A stretch of DNA of 64,000 nt, taken from Nitrososphaerota archaeon. Lineage in GTDB: Archaea; Thermoproteota; EX4484-205; JAAOZP01. Below, in pieces: positions 1-8,402 of this stretch (position 1 is its first letter; the number at the start of each line of letters is the position of its first letter). The DNA is taken from the NCBI GenBank assembly GCA_011605725.1, contig JAAOZP010000010.1, positions 1 through 64,000 of the forward strand. Direction: 5' to 3'. The notes under the pieces were generated by a model. The model was not told where the DNA came from, ran no database searches, and was given only the letters and a program-made list of their open reading frames with translations. The position numbers and the translations under genes were made by a program.

Positions 1-1454
1 CTCTTCTCCATATCAAAAGTAGCATTGGGTATGTAGAACTTAAAGAATAAAGCTTGCCTTCTTTCGTTTTTATCAGGATAAAGCTGCTTTAGCTGATTTG
101 AATCGTACCATGGAAAGTCTCGATTGTAAATTTTATTGCTCCCATTAAGCTGAGGAGCTTTGTTAGAGTACAAATTCCATTGAAGCATCATAAGGTCAAG
201 AACATCACCATCATTAGGCTTAATAATCCTCCCGCTCTTCTCCTTCTCAGCATAGCTTATCCCATACTTAGCATCAAATAGAGACCAAGCGTTAGCTATA
301 ACCTTGCCGTTCAAGCCTTCAAACATCTCAGGATGCTTAATTATTTCGAAACCTGAGTCTTGAATCCTCTTCAAATGCTCTGCCAAGATCCAAGTATTCC
401 TAGGAACATTGCTCTCAAGAACATAGTTATTTCCATCTATTGAGTAAAAGACTATCGGGCTGAAGTCAGCAATATCCTTGCTGATTTGAGTAGCATTAGT
501 TAAAAGCCAAGCTGAATCCTTATCAAGCCTTGGCAAGCCTTTCTCGTAAGCTAGAGTTAAGTTGTTAACAGCATGAATAGTTTGAATCATCAGATTTTTC
601 TTAATTAAATTCAAATCCTGATATTCTTTCAATCCTTTCAAGAACAATTCATTTCTATCTGAGCTTATCCTATTGTCTCTCTGAAATTGATCGTAAACAA
701 TTTTTACTAAAGTAGAATTAGCAGAGTAAGCTGGCAATACTAGTGTATAATTCTTAGCAAACTGTGGAAAATCTTTTAGAAAGTTTAACCCATCATACCC
801 ATTGCTATTAGCGAAATAAAGGTAATCCAAGCTGTCTTTCAAACTACCAAAAATTTTCAAGCTCTCTTCAGCCAAAGCTTTATCTTTAGCCCAAGATTTA
901 GCAAAATCAACCCAGGTAGAGTTTCCATTCTGCTTAGGATAACTAGCTATGAACTCTTCAGCCTGCTCATCGCTAAGACCAGCCTGCTTGTAAGGCTTCT
1001 TAGCTTCTTCTTTCTTCTGATTCTCCAAATGCTTGTAAACCAAATAGCTTCCTACAGCTGCGCTTGTAACTAAGCCAAGAAAAGCAATGGCTTTAACATG
1101 CTTAGAGTACAAACCCTCTTTTTTACCAACTTCTTTCCTTAAAGCTCTTATCTTTTCCCTAAGCTCACCTTCGCAAACTTTCTCCAAATCTTTAAGAGCA
1201 AAATAAATCTCTTCCCTCCTCAATCCTTTAACATAAAGCTCTTCTATGAAATCCTCATAATTCTCAACCCTTGCTTTTCTCCTTTTCAGAAAACCATTTT
1301 CAAACTTAACATTAACCCTATCAAAGTTAGAAAGAACGTTAAGCTTAGCTTTAGCTTGAGCAATCTTCTTCTCAGCACCAAGCTCAACAGTGCTTTTGTA
1401 AGGAATATAGTCTGAGCTTTTGCCTAAGCTGCCGCCTGATATACCTAGACTCAT
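1..1454 (-). CDS. Membrane-anchored protein, probably glycosylated ectodomain, >484 aa, runs off the window edge (absent from the ORF track)
   Basis: Open frame from ATG at 1454 (MSLGISGGSLGKSSDY...) with no stop to base 1; one hydrophobic segment (AIAFLGLVTSAAVGSYLVY) followed by several N-x-S/T sequons (NST, NYT, NLT, NAT, NGS). Confidence 0.8.
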   Translation of the reverse strand, partial: MSLGISGGSLGKSSDYIPYKSTVELGAEKKIAQAKAKLNVLSNFDRVNVKFENGFLKRRKARVENYEDFIEELYVKGLRREEIYFALKDLEKVCEGELREKIRALRKEVGKKEGLYSKHVKAIAFLGLVTSAAVGSYLVYKHLENQKKEEAKKPYKQAGLSDEQAEEFIASYPKQNGNSTWVDFAKSWAKDKALAEESLKIFGSLKDSLDYLYFANSNGYDGLNFLKDFPQFAKNYTLVLPAYSANSTLVKIVYDQFQRDNRISSDRNELFLKGLKEYQDLNLIKKNLMIQTIHAVNNLTLAYEKGLPRLDKDSAWLLTNATQISKDIADFSPIVFYSIDGNNYVLESNVPRNTWILAEHLKRIQDSGFEIIKHPEMFEGLNGKVIANAWSLFDAKYGISYAEKEKSGRIIKPNDGDVLDLMMLQWNLYSNKAPQLNGSNKIYNRDFPWYDSNQLKQLYPDKNERRQALFFKFYIPNATFDMEK

Positions 1455-1493
1455 ACCAACCAGTTAATTATTTAACGAAAACGGATTTAAACA

Positions 1494-1883
1494 TTAAACC
1501 ACGAGCTTCTCAAGCTGCTTATAGGCTATGAATATGTCGTTTGAAATCTGGTCTAAATCGATAATTATCACGTCCTTAATAGCTTCAGACTCTAAAAGCT
1601 CCTTCTTCGCTTCCCTTATTCCCTCATGCACAACGCTCTGGACTTCATAGGCAATGCCATTGCTGTAGTCGAAGACATCCACGTAAAGAGTGTTGCCGTT
1701 TATCGAAATAGGTGCTTCAGTGACAAAGCCATAGCCTCTTTCATGGAGAATTCTCCCTATTAAGGCCTTAACTATGAAGTGCTTAACAGACTCGTTTCCA
1801 GAAGGCAAAACCTTATTCTTCTCCCTTAAATCAAAACCTTGCTCCTCTAAATTCCTAACAGTTATGTAGTCCCTCCTCATCAC
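1494..1883 (-). CDS. Small PD-(D/E)xK-family nuclease-like protein (CoiA-like motif)
   Basis: ESxKH...K, TEAP, YVDVF...AYEVQS restriction-endonuclease-like motif pattern. Confidence 0.6.
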   Translation of the reverse strand: MMRRDYITVRNLEEQGFDLREKNKVLPSGNESVKHFIVKALIGRILHERGYGFVTEAPISINGNTLYVDVFDYSNGIAYEVQSVVHEGIREAKKELLESEAIKDVIIIDLDQISNDIFIAYKQLEKLVV

Positions 1884-1985
1884 TTGAGCAAATCATATTG
1901 TTCTTTAAAAAGTATCGGGCATGCTCTTTAGTAGAATTTGCATTTCATAACCTTATTTTGTTAAACATTTTATTCGGAAGCACTA

Positions 1986-1997
1986 TAGCGCGCGCTA
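1986..1997. repeat. Palindrome TAGCGCGCGCTA (GC-core site 1)
   Basis: 12-bp perfect palindrome in AT-rich intergenic DNA. Confidence 0.85.
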
Positions 1998-2033
1998 CGC
2001 ATTTCCAAAATTCTCTATGGTTATTAAGTTTTC

Positions 2034-2267
2034 TTAAATGCGCATTAATTCTTTCATGCGTTTATGACAAATATAACCACGCCACAAACACACAACAATA
2101 ATAACTAGGTAGATTAAAAATCCGATTTGAATGCCCCAGTTAAGAGTACTCGGCTCAGGTATACTAACGATTATACTAATAAGCCCTAGGCATCCAATTA
2201 CAAAGGCGCGTTCTAACCACTTATTTCTCTCTTCTTCTAATTCTTTAATTTTCGAAGGAATTGACAT
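2034..2267 (-). CDS. Small two-TM membrane protein
   Basis: Two hydrophobic helices flanked by charged ends. Confidence 0.65.
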   Translation of the reverse strand: MSIPSKIKELEEERNKWLERAFVIGCLGLISIIVSIPEPSTLNWGIQIGFLIYLVIIVVCLWRGYICHKRMKELMRI

Positions 2268-2323
2268 CTCGCCTTATTTTAACAATAAAACTTAAATTTA
2301 AGTCTTTTGGTGCGTAAGTTGGC

Positions 2324-2728
2324 ATGAGTGTTCCGTATATACCCTTCGAAAGCTTCCTAGACTTTACGGTTAAAGAACATATCAAGTTAGACTGTAAAGA
2401 ATTAGATGAAATAATGTCGAAATATAGCATCGAAAAGGAACTCTGCAATCTCAAAAAGATAGAAAATCTAGATAAATTAATAAGGCGAAATGTAGAGAAA
2501 ATTAGCCTTATATCATACTTTTCAGAACTCTGTTATTTAATTAAGAAGAGAAGCAAGAAGGAGACTGTCTTTAATCAGCTCTTTTTCGAGAATGAAAAGT
2601 TCGAAAAACTAAAGAAAGATTTGTTAGACAAATATAGGGAGAAGGCTGAAGAAGAAGCTATAAACTATGTAGCCTGGACCATAATAAAATTATGTAGCGA
2701 GCTTTTAGAATGGAATGTTCTTATTTAG
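2324..2728 (+). CDS. Hypothetical helical protein
   Basis: 134-aa ORF of protein-like composition; 4-nt stop overlap with the convergent ORF. Confidence 0.55.
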   Translation: MSVPYIPFESFLDFTVKEHIKLDCKELDEIMSKYSIEKELCNLKKIENLDKLIRRNVEKISLISYFSELCYLIKKRSKKETVFNQLFFENEKFEKLKKDLLDKYREKAEEEAINYVAWTIIKLCSELLEWNVLI

Positions 2729-4032
2729 ATTTTGACGTTAAGCATTTTTTCTGCTTTTTCAACACCATATGTCTTGACCAAGGCTTCACGCAAGTTATCA
2801 GCGAAATATTGCTTTATTTTTTCTTTAATGATACCATGTAGATTTTCATAAGATCTGCGTGCTTCTGGAAGAAGAGAAGACTCATTTAGTCTTTCCTCTA
2901 TAGCATCGTCTAAAGGAAGAAGAATATTATCTATCATATACATGTCGAGCTTTAAATCCTTAATACTACTATATACCATTTGTATTTCCTCTGTTGATAG
3001 AGGGATTCCCTTCTCAACCTTCTCTTTAATTCCTGGGATAAGGGTTTCCATAGTTAATATTTCTGTCGATAACTTTAAATATTTTTTGAAAGGAATTGCG
3101 AATCGCTCTTCAAAAGATTCGCATAATAGTTCAAGATAGTTTGGTGGAATAGTAGATTTTAGCATATCAGGAGAGGGATCAATATTGAATGATAATATTT
3201 CGTTTATCCGATCCAAAGTATACTGGGCGCTTGCAGCAGCTACGATGATTGTCAGAATCATTTCTGGATCTTTCTTTTTCTGTAAAAGTTCTTTGACAGG
3301 CTTCCATCTTTCGAAAATCTTTATTTGAGTTGAATTAATAGACAGCTTGCTTGGTGAAAGCAAGAATTCAGGCACTTTTTGACGATGGAGAGAATAGACT
3401 ATATATAACAACGCTGTATATAGCTCATACGCTGAATGTATGTCTTCTGGTTCCACATATTCGGATTCTCCTCTCAAAATAGATATGGCCCTTGCAAGTA
3501 AAAATATTGATGCCCTTTCCTTCTGATATACCGGGAGGCCCGCTTTATCTTTCATCGAGGAAAATTTCTTCCAAAGTTTTTCGTCTTCTTTATAGGCTGC
3601 TCTACTTATCTTGGTTCGTCCAAGATTTTCGAATATATCTTGCACTCTAATTATAGAATCCAGTATTTGATAGAGATAATAAGATTCATAATCGCTGACA
3701 TTTATTCTTCCTATAATTTGCTTAAAAAGCTCGCTTAATGGTAGCAGACTATTTATTTCTTCTATTACGCGGAATTTGTCAACCGTTATTTGGATTAACC
3801 GATTCGATGGTTTAGAGATTATTTTACCCGTAAGCAAATCAATTTCATAAGTTCCAATGGATAATGACGCATTGGTTTTTACACTCTGTATCCAAACCGC
3901 GCATTCTACAATTGTATCTAAAGGAGATACACCGATGTTAACATCTACATTCTTTAGGCTAATATCGAGTGCCTTTCTAATATCGTTTAAAATCATCTCA
4001 ACAATATTCTCACGAGACCAGCCTGCATACAT
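2725..4032 (-). CDS. Hypothetical protein with a stand-alone AAA+ lid-like (MCM/chelatase-type) segment
   Basis: aa ~140-205 KISRAAYKEDEKLW...LPVYQKERASIFLLARAISILRGESEYVEPEDIHSAYEL resembles the MCM lid pattern; no Walker motifs. Confidence 0.6.
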   Translation of the reverse strand: MYAGWSRENIVEMILNDIRKALDISLKNVDVNIGVSPLDTIVECAVWIQSVKTNASLSIGTYEIDLLTGKIISKPSNRLIQITVDKFRVIEEINSLLPLSELFKQIIGRINVSDYESYYLYQILDSIIRVQDIFENLGRTKISRAAYKEDEKLWKKFSSMKDKAGLPVYQKERASIFLLARAISILRGESEYVEPEDIHSAYELYTALLYIVYSLHRQKVPEFLLSPSKLSINSTQIKIFERWKPVKELLQKKKDPEMILTIIVAAASAQYTLDRINEILSFNIDPSPDMLKSTIPPNYLELLCESFEERFAIPFKKYLKLSTEILTMETLIPGIKEKVEKGIPLSTEEIQMVYSSIKDLKLDMYMIDNILLPLDDAIEERLNESSLLPEARRSYENLHGIIKEKIKQYFADNLREALVKTYGVEKAEKMLNVKI

Positions 4033-4533
4033 CTACGTGTATACCTCGGATGGAAATACCACCATTGTCGTGGTTTCTAATACTCCAGGTATTTCCAAGA
4101 TTTTGTTTAGTATACTCTCTAGCTCTTTTAGATCTTTTGCATCAACAGTAAGGATTACATCATAAACACCATAAATTACATCAGCTGTCATTACACCATC
4201 TAGATTTAGTAATGAACTAAATGTAATATCAATTCGACTAGGAATTATTTTCAGGAATATAAATGCATACGGTTCCTTCTTCAATGGCCTTGGGCTTTCT
4301 TTTGCTACGATAAATGTCTGAATGGCTCTTACCATATTCTCTTCTGCTCCTATTTTGCTTATTGGTTCATGCCATTTTGAGTCAAATTCACTAATAGTGT
4401 TAAACTGATTAACCTTACAGATTATATCAATTTCGCCACAAACCATATATGCACTAGCACCCATGTCTCTAATTTCGTTATGAATTCTTCTATGTGTTCC
4501 AGGCTTAGCTTTTATTCCAATGTATGCCCACAA
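4033..4533 (-). CDS. Tandem Lrp/AsnC ligand-binding (RAM) domain protein without HTH
   Basis: Two repeats: AYIGIKAKPG...VCGEIDIICKV...IQTFIV and AFIFLKIIPS...IYGVYDVILTV...LEIPGVLETTTMVV. Confidence 0.85.
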   Translation of the reverse strand: MWAYIGIKAKPGTHRRIHNEIRDMGASAYMVCGEIDIICKVNQFNTISEFDSKWHEPISKIGAEENMVRAIQTFIVAKESPRPLKKEPYAFIFLKIIPSRIDITFSSLLNLDGVMTADVIYGVYDVILTVDAKDLKELESILNKILEIPGVLETTTMVVFPSEVYT

Positions 4534-4539
4534 CTTTTA

Positions 4540-5037
4540 TCACTTTAATTTATTCCACGCGAATGTATAGATAGGTTCTAAGGGTATTTTCTTCTCCTTA
4601 AATTTTTCTTCTATTTCATCTAGGGCTTTTGCAACTTCTTTAAAGCTTACACCTCGGATTTGTAGTTCTTCGTTGATATATCTTTTATATTCGGAAGTTG
4701 CACGTAGAAGCCTAATTACTTGTACGGAAAAGCGGGCTACAGACATCCCTAGTGGCGTTAAACCGTAAAAACTATTCCGTCCCTCTCTCTGATTAAAGAC
4801 TAATCCGTCTTCTTGCAAAAGGCGCAAAGTATACGTTAAAACGGCACCGTCTGAAATATTGGTGAACTCTGCTATTTGAGAATAGCTCATTACATGATTG
4901 TTCTTTAGCCAACTAGCAAGACATATTAGGACTTTAAGTCTATTATCATCAAACATGATAGGAAAAAATCGTGCCAACACATCCATCGTAGCACTCACTA
5001 TCTTTGCTCTCTTTTCGTCTAGAGCTGCTGACGGCAT
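4540..5037 (-). CDS. Winged-HTH transcriptional regulator (ArsR/HxlR-like)
   Basis: NRLKVLICL...MSYSQIAEFTNISDGAVLTYTLRLLQEDGLV...REGRNSFYGLTPLG. Confidence 0.85.
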   Translation of the reverse strand: MPSAALDEKRAKIVSATMDVLARFFPIMFDDNRLKVLICLASWLKNNHVMSYSQIAEFTNISDGAVLTYTLRLLQEDGLVFNQREGRNSFYGLTPLGMSVARFSVQVIRLLRATSEYKRYINEELQIRGVSFKEVAKALDEIEEKFKEKKIPLEPIYTFAWNKLK

Positions 5038-5111
5038 CTTCTCTTTCCTCCTCCTTCCTCTATTTTTAGAGAAGAGAGGAGTATATAAACTTTTTCTCTT
5101 TGATAGTTATG

Positions 5112-5123
5112 ATAGCGCGCTAT
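5112..5123. repeat. Palindrome ATAGCGCGCTAT (GC-core site 2)
   Basis: 12-bp perfect palindrome; shares TTATGATAGCGCGC with site 4. Confidence 0.85.
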
Positions 5124-5275
5124 TTATTGTTCTTTTGTTCTTTAATAGTACACTTTATGATGTTTTCGCCCATACCTGTCTGGTTTTTCAACTACAAAAG
5201 TTTTGGCTCGCTTCCTTTCAAAAATTGCGCGTTAAAAACTTAAGCTATTTCTTCAAAAATTATTGAAGGAGCATT

Positions 5276-6340
5276 ATGAGCCTACAAGCTTTTTCAGACG
5301 AGTACTTGCCTAAAGCGATAATTGATAGGGAGAATGAGCAGGATGCTATAGCGAGCTACTTAAAAGATATCATGCTGATGAAGACTTCTAAAGTCCTCTA
5401 CATTCATGGTTCTCCAGGAGTTGGCAAGAGCACTGTCGTAAGAGCAGTCTTAAGCCAGTTTGAGGATTCAAACGAAAACTCTGTGGTTGCTCATTTGTCA
5501 TGCACTTCTCTAACTCCATACTTATGCTTGCAGGAGATTCACTCTAAGGTTTGCGGGCAATTGAGTAAAAGGCTTACTTCTCAGGAAATTGTAATGGAAA
5601 TTACGAGAAGACTATTGCTTAAAAAGTATGTTTTGATCGTTGCGTTAGATAATTTCGACAAGATGCAGGATGTTGAGCAGTTATTATGGAGCTTCCACGA
5701 GATCATGCAGAAGGTTCCTAGATTCGGCTTAATTTTGGTTTCAACAAGCAAGTTTGAGCTAATGGATATGGTTGGAGAAAGGCTCTACTCAAGGTTAAGA
5801 CCAGAGGTAATAGAGTTCAAGCCTTATTCAGCTAACAGGCTTTTCGAGATTATGAAGAGCAGGATCTTAGAAGCTTATGGAAAGCCTATTGCAGAGGATA
5901 GTGCTCTTGAGAAGATAGCTGAGTTCGCCGAAGTTAATGGCGGAAGCGCAAGGCATGCTTTAAAAATACTTTTAGATTCAATAGAAGAGGCACAAAGGTT
6001 AGAGTTAAGTAAGGTAAATTCTCAGGTTGTGGAGAAAGTCTTAGAACAAGAGAAGAAGAATCTTCTGTTATCTGAGCTGCATGAACTGAAAGAGGAGGCG
6101 CCGAGAGAATACGAGGTTTTGAAAGTTATAGCTGAGTTAAGCGTAAAAGAGGAAAACATTTACACAGGCTTGGTTGAGGAAGCTGTTAAGGAGAAAGGAC
6201 TTATGGTTTGTAGGCGAAGCTTGGAGTATTACTTGAGCGATTTGGAGAGAAGAGGGTTCCTCAAACTTAATAGCATTAGGATTAATAAAGGCCATTCTAC
6301 TAAAATTGAACTTATCATTCCTAGAGAATCTATTTCATGA
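5276..6340 (+). CDS. cdc6: Cdc6/Orc1-family replication initiator (element-borne)
   Basis: N-terminal FSDEYLP..IIDRENE; Walker A GSPGVGKS; Walker B variant ALDNFD; RLYSRL, FKPYS, GSARHAL sensor 2; C-terminal wHTH; GGAG RBS upstream. Confidence 0.92.
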   Translation: MSLQAFSDEYLPKAIIDRENEQDAIASYLKDIMLMKTSKVLYIHGSPGVGKSTVVRAVLSQFEDSNENSVVAHLSCTSLTPYLCLQEIHSKVCGQLSKRLTSQEIVMEITRRLLLKKYVLIVALDNFDKMQDVEQLLWSFHEIMQKVPRFGLILVSTSKFELMDMVGERLYSRLRPEVIEFKPYSANRLFEIMKSRILEAYGKPIAEDSALEKIAEFAEVNGGSARHALKILLDSIEEAQRLELSKVNSQVVEKVLEQEKKNLLLSELHELKEEAPREYEVLKVIAELSVKEENIYTGLVEEAVKEKGLMVCRRSLEYYLSDLERRGFLKLNSIRINKGHSTKIELIIPRESIS

Positions 6341-6350
6341 TTCGCAATTT
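6287..6350 (+). repeat. Direct repeat copy A = 3' end of cdc6 plus 10 nt
   Basis: 57/64 identical to 8403-8466; 6317-6350 (34 bp) is identical. Confidence 0.95.
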
Positions 6351-6509
6351 TTGCCAAATGGTGCGAGCAGTATCTATGAATATTGCTCATAAGTAACAAG
6401 CATGGATGAAGAGAATGATAATCGAGCGAAGTCCCTTCCAAGGAGCTGGCAGATACTAAAGAAGATTTACTCGAGAAAGAAGCCAGAAGATATTTAAGGC
6501 AAGAAATCA

Positions 6510-6521
6510 ATCGCGCGCGAT
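6510..6521. repeat. Palindrome ATCGCGCGCGAT (GC-core site 3)
   Basis: 12-bp perfect palindrome. Confidence 0.75.
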
Positions 6522-6572
6522 GGAAGTAAATGAAGCTCAGTTTGGAATGATTGGCATGTAGAAGAAACTTAT

Positions 6573-6588
6573 GATAGCGCGCGCTATC
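6573..6588. repeat. Palindrome GATAGCGCGCGCTATC (GC-core site 4)
   Basis: 16-bp perfect palindrome. Confidence 0.9.
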
Positions 6589-6798
6589 GATACCGCTGAT
6601 ATGCATGCCTGTACCAAGCCCACCTGATGACCGCCTCAGACCTGCAGTAAGGACTTCTCTGAGAAGCCAAGTGGCATAGGCCTCGCACGTGAAAAGGATA
6701 AGAAGCTCGGCCAGCATAGAATAGGATCAGGCGAGGTGAGAAATCAACCCTATACCCACCAACAAACTTCCTGATTAAGAGCGAAAATTTTAAATACA

Positions 6799-6806
6799 GC
6801 GCGCGC
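6799..6806. repeat. GCGCGCGC core (GC-core site 5)
   Basis: ACAGCGCGCGCCAC lies just upstream of the 6830 ORF, after a TTTTAAATA TATA-like box. Confidence 0.65.
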
Positions 6807-6829
6807 CACGTAAATTGGAGTAAACGGAC

Positions 6830-7534
6830 TTGGGCTGTAAAGTTATAGTTAGACTTGCCGTGACAACCCTCTTTTTACTTGTGCTGCTAACACTTCCAGC
6901 TGTCGTGTACGCTGCTCCTCAAGTAAGTGGGTATATATCTAGCCCAAGAAACGTGGCGTATGGAAATTCTTTTTCTATTAGCATAACTATCAAGAATAGT
7001 GGTGATAAAACTGCATATTTGTGTAATTTAGTCTTAGGCGTTCCCGCAGGATTTTCGGTATCTAAAACTAATATTTTTATTGGCGATTTAGGCCCAGGTA
7101 AAAGCAAGACATATTCAGTTAGCGTCACCGCACCAAAATATACAACTACAGGTACATTTACCGCAACGGTCTTTTATTCTAATAATCCGGGGGGCAAAGG
7201 TACTTCTTTAGCAGGATACATTTTTCCCTTAACTGTTCAGGTGAAGAGAGGAAATCTGATTACCTTTATGTTAGTTAGCACATCTGGGATACTCAAGAGC
7301 GCGACTATATCAGTTTATGATTCATCTGGGAAGTATGTTGCCGGAGGCGCTGGCATTGCGTCTAGTTCTACAAGTGGTGTCATGATTCAAGTCTATTTGC
7401 TTAATGGTAAGTATATGGTAGCCGCCGCCGGAAAAGTAGATACTCAGCGGGGAGAGAGGAACGCTTTTGGTCAAGCTAATTTTTATGCTGACAAGGATAA
7501 ATCCATACTTATGAACCTAAAGCCTATTCCATAA
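6830..7534 (+). CDS. Secreted or surface protein with an Ig-like (CARDB/NEW3-like) domain
   Basis: Signal peptide ending VYA; FSISITIKNSGD..A...GDLGPGKSKTYSVSVTAP pattern; second beta-rich domain. Confidence 0.75.
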   Translation: MGCKVIVRLAVTTLFLLVLLTLPAVVYAAPQVSGYISSPRNVAYGNSFSISITIKNSGDKTAYLCNLVLGVPAGFSVSKTNIFIGDLGPGKSKTYSVSVTAPKYTTTGTFTATVFYSNNPGGKGTSLAGYIFPLTVQVKRGNLITFMLVSTSGILKSATISVYDSSGKYVAGGAGIASSSTSGVMIQVYLLNGKYMVAAAGKVDTQRGERNAFGQANFYADKDKSILMNLKPIP

Positions 7535-7603
7535 GTTCCTCTGCAATGTGAAATTTGATCGCTCTCTGTATAAGATTTATAAACCAAAGAGAAAATACTT
7601 ATT

Positions 7604-7864
7604 ATGTCAGTTATTGACAAGATATCCAAAGAAAAACTGATAGGTTATTTTGCAGTCCTCTGGGGCGTATCTTTCTTACTTAATGGCGTATCAGGTTTGG
7701 TTTTTAACATCAGAGATATGGTAAATTCGGAAGTCTTTCAGTTATCGGCTTTAGCCAGCACGATAAATATCAGTATCGTAATTGGGTCTTTTCTTGATAT
7801 GCTAATGGGTATCGTATTAGTTGTCTTAGGGTTCAAGATACTGAAGGCCAAAGGTTCTTCATAG
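7604..7864 (+). CDS. Small two-TM membrane protein
   Basis: Two hydrophobic segments; TTTATAAA box upstream. Confidence 0.7.
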   Translation: MSVIDKISKEKLIGYFAVLWGVSFLLNGVSGLVFNIRDMVNSEVFQLSALASTINISIVIGSFLDMLMGIVLVVLGFKILKAKGSS

Positions 7865-8402
7865 GCTATAAAGAAGACCGGAATTATCGACAGACCACAC
7901 ACTCTTAACCCAATTTTCTTTCGCTTCAAAGAATTCTAATCCATGAACTCTACTCGTCTCTATAGACACAATATCATAAGTCTAAAACTTATGAAGCGAT
8001 TCCCGGTTGTATATCACGCCACGGAGATGGCGGGCTTTTAAATTATTTAATCAGGAATAATGTTTTATGGAACATTCGAAATCGATCACTTGACAGAAGC
8101 TCTTGATAAATTTATTCGAAATAATAAGGAAGAAGTGATGCGTCAACTGAAGAAATGCGTTAGGATTTAAAAAATGGGAAACTAACAATTCTATGCTCTC
8201 TATTTTTGCAATCTTTAGATTAGATTTTTACTAGATTAAGGTAGACAATAATCAGTTTCTACTCTCAATGGCGCGCCTGTTTACAATGATGTAGCAAATG
8301 CATACCTATGTGAAGAGACTCATTCCAAAATAACATTGAACAGTTTACTTGTTCATTGCCCTAATTGTCCAAATTGTCAAGAGCCTACCCCCTTGAGTGG
8401 GA

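Noticed and set aside
5038-5275. Canonical ORB-containing chromosomal origin upstream of cdc6
   Set aside because: No TTCCA.TGGAAA or G-string ORB motif found
6625-6695. CTGATGA...GAAA resembling a hammerhead ribozyme core
   Set aside because: I could not build stem II closing onto GAAA, or stems I/III with a cleavage triplet
6229-6717. 162-aa minus-strand ORF overlapping the cdc6 end
   Set aside because: Antisense to cdc6, crosses two palindromes, no recognisable motifs; likely spurious
8060-8400. Short ORF fragments (MFYGTFEIDH...; ...HCPNCPNCQEP...)
   Set aside because: Broken by stops with no identifiable parent; probably decayed cargo. Palindrome site 6 (GGCGCGCC) may just be Gly-Ala-Pro codons in such a fragment
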